Shown here: positions 10,234 to 20,222 of the stretch, piece after piece
Position numbering within the stretch: the stretch's first letter is position 1
How the letters are laid out: every line of letters begins with the position of its first letter
Origin: a virus
Taxonomy: Duplodnaviria > Caudoviricetes
Strand: one strand, 5' to 3'
IMG/VR virus record: IMGVR_UViG_3300013121_000016
Coordinates: 1 to 64,000 of that record
Length of the DNA: 64,000 bases
The notes under the pieces: generated by a model
Told to the model about the DNA's origin: nothing
Seen by the model: the letters and a program-made list of their open reading frames with translations, nothing else
The model's database searches: none
Program-made: the position numbers and the translations under genes

Positions 10234-11368
10234 GGATCTGAGTTATTCATTTAACGTTCTTAAGAGAAGATGTTTTCTTAAGAATCCATTTCTCTTCTTG
10301 CGTGTCTGGCACGTAAAGATTGATAAAAACAGCTTTCTTACCTTCTTGTGGTCGGAGTATTCTCCCTAGCCTTTGAATGTTTTCAAGGTCAGTAGAGGCT
10401 CCTGCGGCACAGATAGCGCTGTCAACATCAACAACATTTAGCCCCTCATTAAGGGCGTCCACTGTGATAAGTGGGTGGTTATTCTTTTTAAATGATTCCA
10501 ATACCACCTGCCTTTCTTTGTCAGAAAGCTTAGAGTGATAGACTGGGCAGTCCATTGTTTTTGCAAGCCCTTCGGCAAAGGATATGCTTTTGGTGAATAT
10601 GATTCACTTTCTTTTTGGAAACTGCTTCACCAACTTTACAATGGCTTCCATTTTGGATGGACAAGAGTACAGGGTGTTTTTACGTAAGGACATCCCTGCC
10701 CAATATTTTTTAGAGAGTTCAACCACTGGCGTCTTATCAGACTGCTTTGCCATATAGTTAGCCAGGTCAAAGATAGATTTAAACTTATCCTTGTAATGAG
10801 CCGACCATAGTCTAGCTAGTCCTATCCGTGAAGAGGAAAACATTTGATCGAACACTCGATATTTCGCTGCTGTGTGGTGATCCATCTTAACCGCCAAGTT
10901 ATAGACTAGATATGGCGCTAATGTGCCATCTATCTCATCTAAATGCTTTGCGTAGATCACTGGGGAAACTTGCTCCATTAAAGCCAGCTTACCTTCGTTA
11001 GGAAGAGTGGCAGTCAAACAAATGAGATGTTTGTACTTAATGGATGAAAATAATTTGATGAATGCCGGTGAGAAGGCCCTGTGGGCCTCGTCCACGATCA
11101 ATAAGTCACATTCTGTCTCAGTCTTGTAGGCAGTGTTAATGACCATGACCCTAACGTCTGCGTCAGGATACGTTTCCTCGTATTCCTTTTTCCACTGTTC
11201 TACTAAAGGCACTCGGGAAGTGACGACAACACAGGAGCCTCCCAGACTCTTGTGCGCCATCACTCCCAAGCGCGTTTTTCCGGTCCCTGTTGGCAGTACT
11301 ACGGTACCATTTCAGTTCCGCTGCGCCAACATAGCTATTGCTTCTTCTTGTATTTCTGTTCTAGTCAT
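10208..11368 (-). CDS. SF2 DExH helicase, 386 aa with 3 TGA=Trp
   Basis: LPTGTGKT, IVDEAH, LTAT, LNEGLNV, QRLGRILR; TGA at 11312, 10604 and 10247; TAA at 10208. Confidence 0.9.
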
Positions 11369-12239
11369 GATTGTATGGTGAGCAATCGCTGCAAATTATT
11401 TGCGAAGAATCACACTTGTACTCTTTGCACGAAGGACATTTAAATGTGGCTGCTTGACAGACCTCACATGTTTGCCCTTCGTACATGACTTCCTCGTCGT
11501 AACATCTTTCGCACTTGAATGGTGTCATTGAGTAGGAGCGAGTATAATAGTCATCTTCACTACATTCCATGCACCAACCTTCACCGTCTGTAAGTTGTGC
11601 AGATTTACTATCGCAGTAGGTGCAGATGCCTTGTCGTTTCTTGTCGTGACAAGTTACACAAAGCAGATCATTGCGATCCATAGGTACGAATTTATCGCTG
11701 CAGCCCTTACAGTTTGGGAGACAATCTTGGCATTGCCACTGATCTTCAGAGTGCGCAGTGAAAATTGTCTCACAGTCAGCACATTCTCTCTGTCTTAGCA
11801 TATGGTAATGACAGTAATCCTTATCGGCAGGAATCCATTCGTCGCATGCTTTACATCGGTGAATTGATAGAGCAAAACTATCACCTCTTGCTGCCGCTAT
11901 GTCAACTTGACCATTTACATAGCAAATGCAACAGATGTTCGCTTTATTAAGCACCAGGTAGCGGGAACACGAAGAACACTCACGTGCTCTCAGGGAGTCC
12001 TTAGGATGCTCCTCCCAACCACGTAAAGGACCGTATGCGCAAGTCGGGCAGTGCATGTCGTCGTCAACGACCTCAACCACCGTGTGACACTCGACACATA
12101 TCAAAGGTAAGTCTTGTCTGCAAGATTCGCAAGCATTTACCCAACCAATGTTTACAGTCTTTGGTGCACAATCGGCACAAACACCTTTAGCATCTAGCCA
12201 ATGCATTTCAAGACAGTAAGAGCAGGCGCCTTGTGTCAT
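11361..12239 (-). CDS. Cys-rich zinc-ribbon repeat protein (frame open upstream to 12476)
   Basis: About 20 CxxC units; see frameshift finding. Confidence 0.7.
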   Translation of the reverse strand: MTQGACSYCLEMHWLDAKGVCADCAPKTVNIGWVNACESCRQDLPLICVECHTVVEVVDDDMHCPTCAYGPLRGWEEHPKDSLRARECSSCSRYLVLNKANICCICYVNGQVDIAAARGDSFALSIHRCKACDEWIPADKDYCHYHMLRQRECADCETIFTAHSEDQWQCQDCLPNCKGCSDKFVPMDRNDLLCVTCHDKKRQGICTYCDSKSAQLTDGEGWCMECSEDDYYTRSYSMTPFKCERCYDEEVMYEGQTCEVCQAATFKCPSCKEYKCDSSQIICSDCSPYNHD

Positions 12240-12430
12240 TGCTCTAAACGGAAGCGTAAAGCGCGTGTATATTCGCTTTAGTTCTGTTGCATGGACTGTA
12301 TCTAGACAACTTCCGCACTCGTTGTAGTCTCCTGACCCGTAAGGACATGCAGGTCTTCCACAAACGAAATCCTTGGGTGGAGTCTCTAGATAAAAGGGGC
12401 AGTCTGCCGTTAAACAAACTGCCTCCCCCT

Positions 12431-13498
12431 CTAAGGGTTTATAGTCATTGCCAAGCCCCCCTCCTTGGGCGACTTCTTAAATTGAGCAAGGATCTCGGCA
12501 ATGAGATCTTTCTTCTCTTTATCCGTACCGTTGAAACCTTCTACCTTGAGGTAGAGACGTCCAATGGCCTCGGAGACGGCAAGCTGAGTCTTCGCATTTT
12601 GGCTCGCGAGAAACTTGTGGGCAGAGGTCTTTTTACTTTCTACCTTATCGTCCGCAAGTCCGCAGAATGTGAGCAGCTTACCTACATTCTCTGCGAACGG
12701 TTTTGCTTTATCCTTGTCCTTTCCTTTGTCTTTATCCTTATCCTTGTCCTTATCCTTGTCTTTGTCTTTATCCTTATCAGCAGCAGGATCCTTTTCAAGG
12801 TCCGAATTGAGTACACCTTTAGTGCTCTCACGTCTTGAGCGCGCTACCTTCAGCGTTTCCCAAAGTACTAAGAGTAAGTGACAAACGGTGATAGCGAAGG
12901 AAGCAATTAAAACGCCAGAGGAATCAGACAATACATTGTAAGTCAAGGGTTTTCCCAAGGAATACAGCTCTGCGAAGTATTCACGCGCGCTCATCAAGTT
13001 GAACGCTACAAATATTCGGTGGAACATTAACGTCAACTGTGTCATTTCGCCTAAGTTGTTGGCAATGACAATCAAGTTAACGACCGGGGTCCCTAGAGAG
13101 AGGATAGTGGTAACAAACACTAGGCCTAAGGAGATCAGCGCATCAACGACGGATTTCTCCTTCATGATGGCTGAGTATAGGTTGTTTAATTCTTTCGTCC
13201 ACACCAAGCCAGCAGCAACGGATAGGGCGGCCATACAAGTGTGAGTGAGCATCCGTGCGAGAGGAGATATGTCGTTCGATGCAAAGCCTGCGGCTAGAAC
13301 ACCCTCGGCAAAGTTTGCCCAGAATAAAAAGATGAAGAATAGAGACATTGGGTACCGAATTGTTAACTCGGCGACTACCAAACCGATCTCTTTGCCTTTG
13401 TTCTTCGGGTCACGTGCCACCTTCACAATCAGGAGGATGACAGCGACCACAAAAAGTATCGCTAAGAGAATCACTAATAGCTGGTTCGAACTGACCAT
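12431..13498 (-). CDS. Polytopic membrane protein with (DK)n linker
   Basis: About 5-6 hydrophobic segments, then a DK repeat and a helical C-terminus. Confidence 0.75.
   Translation of the reverse strand: MVSSNQLLVILLAILFVVAVILLIVKVARDPKNKGKEIGLVVAELTIRYPMSLFFIFLFWANFAEGVLAAGFASNDISPLARMLTHTCMAALSVAAGLVWTKELNNLYSAIMKEKSVVDALISLGLVFVTTILSLGTPVVNLIVIANNLGEMTQLTLMFHRIFVAFNLMSAREYFAELYSLGKPLTYNVLSDSSGVLIASFAITVCHLLLVLWETLKVARSRRESTKGVLNSDLEKDPAADKDKDKDKDKDKDKDKDKGKDKDKAKPFAENVGKLLTFCGLADDKVESKKTSAHKFLASQNAKTQLAVSEAIGRLYLKVEGFNGTDKEKKDLIAEILAQFKKSPKEGGLAMTINP
12707..12778 (-). repeat. Hexamer tandem repeat encoding (DK)9-GK-(DK)2
   Basis: GAY-AAR units visible directly. Confidence 0.9.
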
Positions 13499-15312
13499 TA
13501 TTTAATCCATTTTCGTGTAATTTTAGCTTCGGCAGGAATTGGTAGACTTTTGCAGAAGACGTTCGCAGCTTTCTCCATAGAAGAGCTTAGAATATCTTTT
13601 ACTTCTAACGCATCCTGCTCTTTGCACATTACTACCCACTCGTCATGAACGAGCAGTATGAGCTCAAAGATAGGCCGTTTTTTTTGAGCCTCGCGCATGT
13701 AGACACCTGCTAGCTTCGAAATTGAAGCTCCGGTACCTTGTGGACGGTAGTTCTGAGAAATCCGTTGATACTCAGCCTTAAGGGTCTTGTAAAGAGACGC
13801 ATACTTAGGATGTAAATCCTTGTGTTTTTCTACGAAACGATATAGATCCCATTTAGGTAAATACGACTTTCTGCCTAGAACCATGTCGATTAACACGTAC
13901 CCTTGAGCGCGTGTTTTATTTCCGACCTCGTCGAAGTACTCTTTCAACGTCGGAAACGTCTTAAAGTATTTCGCCACCATATCCTTAGCATTAGCGCTAG
14001 GGACTCCGTATCGACTTGTGACGGTTGATGCCCCGCCGCCAAAAGCAATAGCAAAGCCAACGTTTTTGGCAAGTCTACGCTCTGGCGAATCCTTCGTAAG
14101 GTTCGGGTTGTTAAAGGCTTTCTTAGCGGTTTCAAGGTGATAGTCAAGACCATCACGGAACATCTGCCGCAACACTTCCTCACCTGAAATATCCGCAAGC
14201 AAACGCGCTTCTTGTTGCGAGTAGTCGGCAACGACGAAGGTTCACCCTTTCGGGGCTTCAAATGCCGACCGGTACTCTTCTCCATGTGGGATGTTTTGCA
14301 TGTTAGGATCGGAGGACGATGTGCGACCAGTATCCTTTATCTGCCAAAAGGATGAGTGGATCCGTCCAGTCCGTGGATTAACGTGCTGTAAGAAACTTTC
14401 ACCGTAAGTACCGTCACGTTTGACTGCCTCACGATAGTCGATGTACGTCTTTACTAGAGGATCTGACATCTTAGATGCCAAAGCCACTTTGGAGACGCTT
14501 TCTTTGATTGTGCCGGTTTTCCGGTCGATGAATTCGACGTTTATTCCTTTCGTCTTAAAGACCTTAGATACTTGCTGCCAAGATAACCAATTGATATCAG
14601 CCACAAGCTTTAGCTCCTTAAGGAGCTCCTCTGCTGCTGCTTTCGATTGCTCGGCGACTTTTAGCCACGCATCCTTATTGATGGGGATACCATTGATTGA
14701 CATATCTGTAAGGACTTTAATCGTTTCGAACTCTAACCTAGCTAGATCGTGAAGGTCATTCTCGCGAAGAAGTCTTTGCAGATGGACGTAAAGACCGTAA
14801 GCATATACGACGTCTAGAGCACCATAAGTAAGATGCACCTCACTAAATTCCTCGTCGTCCTCAATTAAAGCAAAGGAGTCCCTTACCTTCTTGGTGACGT
14901 AAGGAATAAAAAGGTTACCTTGGTTAGTGTACGCGAAAGGATCGTAATACCTCTGCGCCGTCTTCTCTAGAGTGAAATGGCCGCGTTTAGTTGGCAGCCC
15001 GCACTCAAGGATTTGAGCCGCGATCATCGTATCGAACAGGTTCTCTAGAGTGATTCCAAAGTCCTGCTTGATTACTCGATAGTCGTAGGATAAGTTGTGC
15101 CCGATAACCAACTTGTTTTGGTCAGCAATCATCTTGACAAGCTCGTAAGCTATATCGTAATGACTGCGCACGTCCACAATTCATTGGGTCTCGTTGTTTC
15201 CTAACTGAAGCATGATCACCTTATGGTCCTTTGTTTCAGTGTCCAGCGCCAGACAGGTCTGTCGGCGCAGCCAGGCCTTAGCCTTAATTAAGTTTTTCTC
15301 GTTTACTATCAT
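13498..15312 (-). CDS. polA: Family A DNA polymerase with 3'-5' exonuclease, 604 aa with 2 TGA=Trp
   Basis: LALDTET, GHNLSYD, TGRTSSSDPNMQNIP, APKG[W]TFVVADYSQQEARLLA, RRLAKNVGFAIAFG, VHDE; TGA at 15181 and 14242. Confidence 0.95.
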
Positions 15313-15632
15313 TAGAATACCTCTTTGCCGTTTCATCTCAGAAACGAGTCTTTCTCGACCTCAGATGCTAACTTGATTGGTTTGGTATGGGTTAGCTTTG
15401 ATAGGCCAGTATAGGCCAGATGCCTTATCCGGCGTACAAAGATACGATTGTCTATGCGCACTTTCCAAATTTGAGGCGTATAAACTTTCTGCTGAGCTTC
15501 TTTATCGGCCTCGTCCAAAATGAAGGGGAGCCCTTCGGAGATAAACTCCAGTAGCTCCCCCTCTTGAAACTCGCCGGTTTGGTGCTCTCAGTCAGTATAG
15601 ATCCTGACCTTAGCTCCTTTACGTTTACGCAT
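15312..15632 (-). CDS. Hypothetical protein, 106 aa with 2 TGA=Trp
   Basis: MRKRKGAKVRIYTD[W]...FLR[W]NGKEVF*; read-through gives a TAATG overlap with polA. Confidence 0.7.
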
Positions 15633-16254
15633 TTTCTCCGACGTGGATGTGGTTCCCCGTCGCGTTTTCATTAAAGAACACGTATTTGGCTGTCTGTGGA
15701 TCACTCAGGTAACGCTTTACCTTACTTGATCCAGGCTTACCTTCAATATAGAAATAAAGATTGTAAGCTGACAGCCAAACTTGGCCATCTTCTGAGACAA
15801 GCCAGTCGATAAGGTCTTTTGAGAATTCCAAATCAACTGCTTTGCCGTGAAAGTGGTCGCTTTTCTGATTGTAGTGGCGTCGTAGCGAAGAAACCTTCAC
15901 TTGCGGACCCCGATAATCCTCTAAAGCGATTTTGAATGATTCGGCGACCGAGGTATCGACAGGTGTGTAGACGATAAATCCGAAGAAAGTACCGTTCTTA
16001 CACACGTTGCTGCTTCACTTTTTCTTCTTGAAGTCTCTCCAAGGGTGCATAGTTTGCAGTGAGTCGATACGTCTCGTCTGCTCGCGCAGCAGGGTGTTAA
16101 GGCTGTCAAGTTGTTCGAGTACTCTGCGCTGATCGGCTTCAATTCCTTGAAGTTTTGCAGCGTACCAGTTGATCGAATGGGTTGTCAATTGACTTCCCAA
16201 AAAACCGACTGTAATTAACCCGAACGCTATAACAACCTTCTTCCATAAATCCAT
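15625..16254 (-). CDS. Membrane-anchored peptidase M15-like endolysin, 209 aa with 1 TGA=Trp
   Basis: Track ORFs 16015-16254 and 15625-16005 are in frame across TGA 16015; SSLRR..SDHFHGKAVD..NHIHV Zn-peptidase motifs. Confidence 0.75.
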
Positions 16255-16325
16255 AAATATACATTTAAGTGTTCAATAGGTCAGTTATTACTGTCTAGGA
16301 CACTGACCACGCTGTAGCTTAGTCC

Positions 16326-16640
16326 TTAATAGATAAGGCGAAGTGCTTTATCTATCCATGTAAATTCGGCAACCTGAGCCGCTTCAGTGCTGTGGTTCTT
16401 AGGTGTAAACCTTTCGACATACACATCACTTGACGGCGTTAAGTCTCCTCTTAACTTGCCTTTTACTACAAAAGCACGCTTATACATCAGCGCTCTTCCG
16501 AGTTTATTACAAGTTCATTGGAGGCCTTCAACAGAATACGACACGTTAAGCGCGTACCCGTCTCTTTTTCTTCGTAGTACCCACAGCTTCTGGCGGCTGA
16601 TGTGATCAATCATCGGCTGTGGTATTTCTCTTATTACCAT
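16326..16640 (-). CDS. Hypothetical protein, 104 aa with 1 TGA=Trp (first recoded gene of the left arm)
   Basis: MVIREIPQP...VEGLQ[W]TCNKLG...; TGA 16515; absent from track. Confidence 0.65.
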
Positions 16641-16658
16641 TTCACTAGATTATTGGTT

Positions 16659-16693
16659 AAAAAATCAGGAGTGTCCAATGCACGGACGTCCTG
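16659..16693 (-). terminator. Hairpin plus U6 (terminator/attenuator-like)
   Basis: CAGGA-GTCC..GGAC-TCCTG followed by ATTTTTT. Confidence 0.5.
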
Positions 16694-16709
16694 TGTACCG
16701 TTTGTCTAG

Positions 16710-16741
16710 CGAAGTTAGAGGTTTTTTTTGACAAAGTCAAA
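16710..16741 (-). promoter_or_regulatory. Bacteroidota sigma-A-type promoter for the replication operon
   Basis: TTTG-N20-TAACTTCG (consensus TTTG-N19-21-TAnnTTTG, one mismatch). Confidence 0.6.
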
Positions 16742-17246
16742 TATTTTCACAGAATTCTTCAAATTTCTTCATAGCCCACTTAGGAACCAGATTTTTCTTC
16801 ACTCGTTGACGATCATTCGTATCCTTATCAAAGCTGATCGCGACATTCACGGATTTGAAGACTGTGGGTACTCCGTCATTGTTTTTGAAAACACAGACAT
16901 ACTCGTAATACAGAGTGTGTTCGCTTGTTTTCGCAAAGTAAAGCGAGAAGTAATATGCGTCCGACTCGTTTCGTGAAATGAACGCCCCAAAAGGTTTCAG
17001 GGGCGGTAAAACTAGTTGGACGCCCAATGACCGGAGCCAGATGATACACCTTCTGGCTACAATGATACGTTCAAGCTCGTCTTCAGCCTTCGTATTGATA
17101 GTACTGACGAGGTGTAGAAGTTGGTTTACCTGGTCGTATTTGGAGCGTGAGCGCTCAAGCTTGAGCGCCAAGGCATTGACGACCGATGGCATGGGGAGAG
17201 TTCCGGTAACGTGCTTGAGCACTTGTGCAATTTGCGTCGTCTTCAT
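16737..17246 (-). CDS. Hypothetical protein (TGA stop)
   Basis: ATGA overlap with the upstream gene. Confidence 0.65.
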   Translation of the reverse strand: MKTTQIAQVLKHVTGTLPMPSVVNALALKLERSRSKYDQVNQLLHLVSTINTKAEDELERIIVARRCIIWLRSLGVQLVLPPLKPFGAFISRNESDAYYFSLYFAKTSEHTLYYEYVCVFKNNDGVPTVFKSVNVAISFDKDTNDRQRVKKNLVPKWAMKKFEEFCENI

Positions 17247-17848
17247 GATATTGGTGGCGGAACTACCGCATTTTTAGCTTTATCAATGATGGGCGGGGCG
17301 ACGACCGGTATCATCACTGCGGCCAGTTGCTCACCCTCGTTATGTCGTACCAGTTTGTGCAAAATACACCAAAGGTCCTCATCGCTTGGAGTATCCCGCA
17401 GACCGACGTACTTGTCAGTCTGGAATGCCCAGTCGCTAGACTCTGACAGGAATTTAGCGTCATCGTTGCGAAACGGTTCAAGCTGCTCATCAGCCACGTT
17501 CCAATCTATTTTCCCATCAAGAAGGTAGGCCCATACAACTAAACCGGACGTGCCCAGTCCAACTACGGGAATACCCTTTTTTTTATACCAGGGTAGCGTA
17601 TTGAGGATAAACCTCTGATATGCCTGGTCCTGACCCGGTACATTTGGCGGATAAGTGACGTGCGGATAGAACGCGGGAGCAGAACAATCAATGCCCCCTG
17701 TGTCTAACAGTAACAAACAATCCACCATAGTGCACTGTTTCCAGTCTATGGAGATTACGCGTACGTCTTGCAGTTGAAGAGCGAGCTTAATTCTCGCTTC
17801 CTCGACGGCTGCCTTTGGTGATACTTGACTTAATATAGCGATTCTCAT
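17243..17848 (-). CDS. Class I glutamine amidotransferase / peptidase C26-like protein lacking the nucleophile Cys
   Basis: DCLLLLDTGGID..Y and GIPVVGLGTSG (canonical PxLGICRG). Confidence 0.55.
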   Translation of the reverse strand: MRIAILSQVSPKAAVEEARIKLALQLQDVRVISIDWKQCTMVDCLLLLDTGGIDCSAPAFYPHVTYPPNVPGQDQAYQRFILNTLPWYKKKGIPVVGLGTSGLVVWAYLLDGKIDWNVADEQLEPFRNDDAKFLSESSDWAFQTDKYVGLRDTPSDEDLWCILHKLVRHNEGEQLAAVMIPVVAPPIIDKAKNAVVPPPIS

Positions 17849-18134
17849 CGAATTTTGCGTTTAAGAATTTAATGATGCAGTAATTGTAGGCGTCGTATCG
17901 TCTCGGGCTTCGACTGGTATATACCTCTGTGGGCACACCATCGATCTCTACAATAAGAACCGCGGAATATATCCGGTTACGCACCGACATTGTAACTACG
18001 TGCTTTACATCCGTTCTGTCGAAGCACGTGTAGCATTCTTTTTTGGTTGCGGGGACAGGTCGACCACTGGCCACTCTTTTGAACGCTTTTATGATTGCGT
18101 TTGTTGGCGGCTGAATTGTCAGATCACTTGCCAT
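17787..18134 (-). CDS. Hypothetical protein
   Basis: Operon-packed ORF. Confidence 0.55.
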   Translation of the reverse strand: MASDLTIQPPTNAIIKAFKRVASGRPVPATKKECYTCFDRTDVKHVVTMSVRNRIYSAVLIVEIDGVPTEVYTSRSPRRYDAYNYCIIKFLNAKFDENRYIKSSITKGSRRGSEN

Positions 18135-18705
18135 TGTGTAGCGATTTAAATTTAGCAGATGTGCGTTCTATCAAATCTTCCATAGCCCGTCTGGCATGGT
18201 AATGCTCACTCTGAAGTTCCAGGATACCGACGGAATTGAGCCACGTACCAATGTTGTTGATGCGCGCGACCCAACTGAATTTGTGTCCCTCGTCTGTCTT
18301 CTCATGGACGAGATTGATGCCCCATGCATGATAGAGCTTTGCAAGCAACGCCTCGTAGTTACTGAAGTGGTCCTTGAAAGCGCCTGCCAGACGCTTCGCT
18401 ACCGGCTTAGCCAATAAGGAGTTCCACTGTTTTTTGGGCAACTGAAACTCGTGCTTATTCATTTCCTTTTTGAATTGGCGATCGAGGCGAGCATACTCAG
18501 CCTCTCTTACCGCATTTACTTGATGACTAGGATGGTGATGCTTTAAGAGGAGAAACCTGCGCTCCTCCCTGGTCCTTTCTGGACGTACTTCGTTGGGCGC
18601 CCCATTTAGGTAAGCGTCGATAATCTCTTCTTCGGAAAGTTCGGCAGCGGTGTCTTGCTGAGCCTTCTGCTCATAGCACTGCTCTACAGGCGAAAGTTTT
18701 TTCAT
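18124..18705 (-). CDS. Hypothetical protein (TGA stop)
   Basis: ATGA overlap at 18702-18705. Confidence 0.6.
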   Translation of the reverse strand: MKKLSPVEQCYEQKAQQDTAAELSEEEIIDAYLNGAPNEVRPERTREERRFLLLKHHHPSHQVNAVREAEYARLDRQFKKEMNKHEFQLPKKQWNSLLAKPVAKRLAGAFKDHFSNYEALLAKLYHAWGINLVHEKTDEGHKFSWVARINNIGTWLNSVGILELQSEHYHARRAMEDLIERTSAKFKSLHNGK

Positions 18706-18971
18706 TTTCCTGTGCTTGTGATTTTGTAGGTAAAAGTTGAGTCAGAGGTGAATGTTACCTCTACGACGACCTTTGCGGGTCTCGATTTGGCACCACCCCA
18801 GACAATGTTGCCTGGAATGACCAAGACCTTAGAGTCAGTAATGACCGGTTCTTGGAGTTTTACTGAAGACGAGTCTGCGGCACTGAAACCAGCTGCCTGC
18901 TCGTAGTAGCTGGCGTCGTTGCCAGAGCAACCGGCAAGGAACACCACTAAAAGCAACAATAAGAATCTCAT
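18702..18971 (-). CDS. Lipoprotein
   Basis: MRFLLLLLVVFLAGC lipobox. Confidence 0.7.
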   Translation of the reverse strand: MRFLLLLLVVFLAGCSGNDASYYEQAAGFSAADSSSVKLQEPVITDSKVLVIPGNIVWGGAKSRPAKVVVEVTFTSDSTFTYKITSTGK

Positions 18972-19537
18972 ATTAATTTGTTTTTAAAATACTGAAAAGG
19001 GGTTACGCCTCCTTCGGAGTAGTACTTCGGAATGGGCAGTGTAGCGGCCCATATTTCGGCAATAAACTCAACTGGATCGCTGCATTCTTCAAGCAGAAGT
19101 GTCGTTGCAAATCTCGTATTAGCTACGACAAGTGACGGAGAGTCGAAGATTCGAAATGCGTCCATCTTATTTAAATTGACAGATTCCATTACGTGGAGCT
19201 GCCAAAATAAATCTTTCCGCTCATGGGCAGGGAACTTGATTTTTTCGAATGGAAGACTTTCCGCCGTCATCAGCTTAACAGGTATACGGACTTCGTCTTT
19301 GTTTCGCTGACTCAACAAAAACGTGTGCACACCGTCACGGTCAGCTTTATTAAAAAACTTGATGTATCTTACTTGGCTCGCACAATTGAGCGCAATCACC
19401 GGAATCTGCTTTCCTCGGTGATGCTTGTGAGGGGACACGTAATCGTCCTCTTTGGCTATACGGATGACCCCTTCAATGGTGTTTAGACGAAGAACACCAT
19501 CTTTTTTCCCTAATGTATTATAAAACGAAATATTCAT
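18968..19537 (-). CDS. Hypothetical protein
   Basis: ATG 19537; ATGA overlaps at both ends. Confidence 0.6.
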   Translation of the reverse strand: MNISFYNTLGKKDGVLRLNTIEGVIRIAKEDDYVSPHKHHRGKQIPVIALNCASQVRYIKFFNKADRDGVHTFLLSQRNKDEVRIPVKLMTAESLPFEKIKFPAHERKDLFWQLHVMESVNLNKMDAFRIFDSPSLVVANTRFATTLLLEECSDPVEFIAEIWAATLPIPKYYSEGGVTPFQYFKNKLI

Positions 19538-20184
19538 ACTAATAACAATATTGAGTAGTCGGCATAGAATTGGCAACCATTGCCAAAATCAAGCCAGACT
19601 TGTAATTTTCTTTTTCCTTTCAGAAACAAATTATTTATTGCAACTTCCTCTACAATCTCAGGCACATCCTCATGCGCATTGCTTGAAACTGCAAAATGCA
19701 CCGCTTTACCTTGATAATACGCTGCAGTAAATAACTTTTTCTCTAGAAGCCACTTAGATAACCAGACGCCTGCGTCTTTTTGGTCACCAACTGGCGATTC
19801 TAATATGTGGACGTCGATAGAATCGTCAGCCCTCACCAAGGATATTCCCTTAGTATACAGCTCCTTTTCATATAACGTGCCGTGTATCTGTATTTTTGGA
19901 ACGTACACCCTTTTATTCCCCTCATCAGTGTACGTGCAAAATGAACGCATTGATGGGTTAAGTAGTGTTGGGTGTATGAAGGTATCGTATGGGCTTGGTC
20001 CCAATCTAAAAGCAGGGAAAGAGAGTGGCAAGTATATTTCCACCTCTCCTATAAATGAAGTGTCCACTCCTGTGGAAATCGTTTGATACATGACACATAA
20101 AGCAAACCCCGCATCTAGATCAAACTCCTTTATCCTAAAGTCTGTGGATAATGTAAACGTGTCACCAATTCTTACCAGTTTCAT
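19534..20184 (-). CDS. Hypothetical protein
   Basis: Likely start MKLVRI at 20184, downstream of a hairpin. Confidence 0.55.
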   Translation of the reverse strand: MKLVRIGDTFTLSTDFRIKEFDLDAGFALCVMYQTISTGVDTSFIGEVEIYLPLSFPAFRLGPSPYDTFIHPTLLNPSMRSFCTYTDEGNKRVYVPKIQIHGTLYEKELYTKGISLVRADDSIDVHILESPVGDQKDAGVWLSKWLLEKKLFTAAYYQGKAVHFAVSSNAHEDVPEIVEEVAINNLFLKGKRKLQVWLDFGNGCQFYADYSILLLV

Positions 20185-20197
20185 TGCTAAAAGGTTA

Positions 20198-20220
20198 GGA
20201 GGGGGAGTTACCCCCCTCCC
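20198..20220 (-). terminator. GC hairpin after the AAA ATPase
   Basis: GGAGGGGG..CCCCCTCC immediately after the TGA stop at 20223. Confidence 0.5.
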
Positions 20221-20222
20221 GT

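Noticed and set aside
12287-12881. Plus-strand ORFs with (SL)n or poly-hydrophobic repeats
   Set aside because: Antisense reading of the DK repeat.
238-16640. Split ORFs read as pseudogenes or sequencing errors
   Set aside because: Every break is an in-frame TGA, none is TAA/TAG or a frameshift, many are at motif Trp positions, and a cognate UCA tRNA is present.
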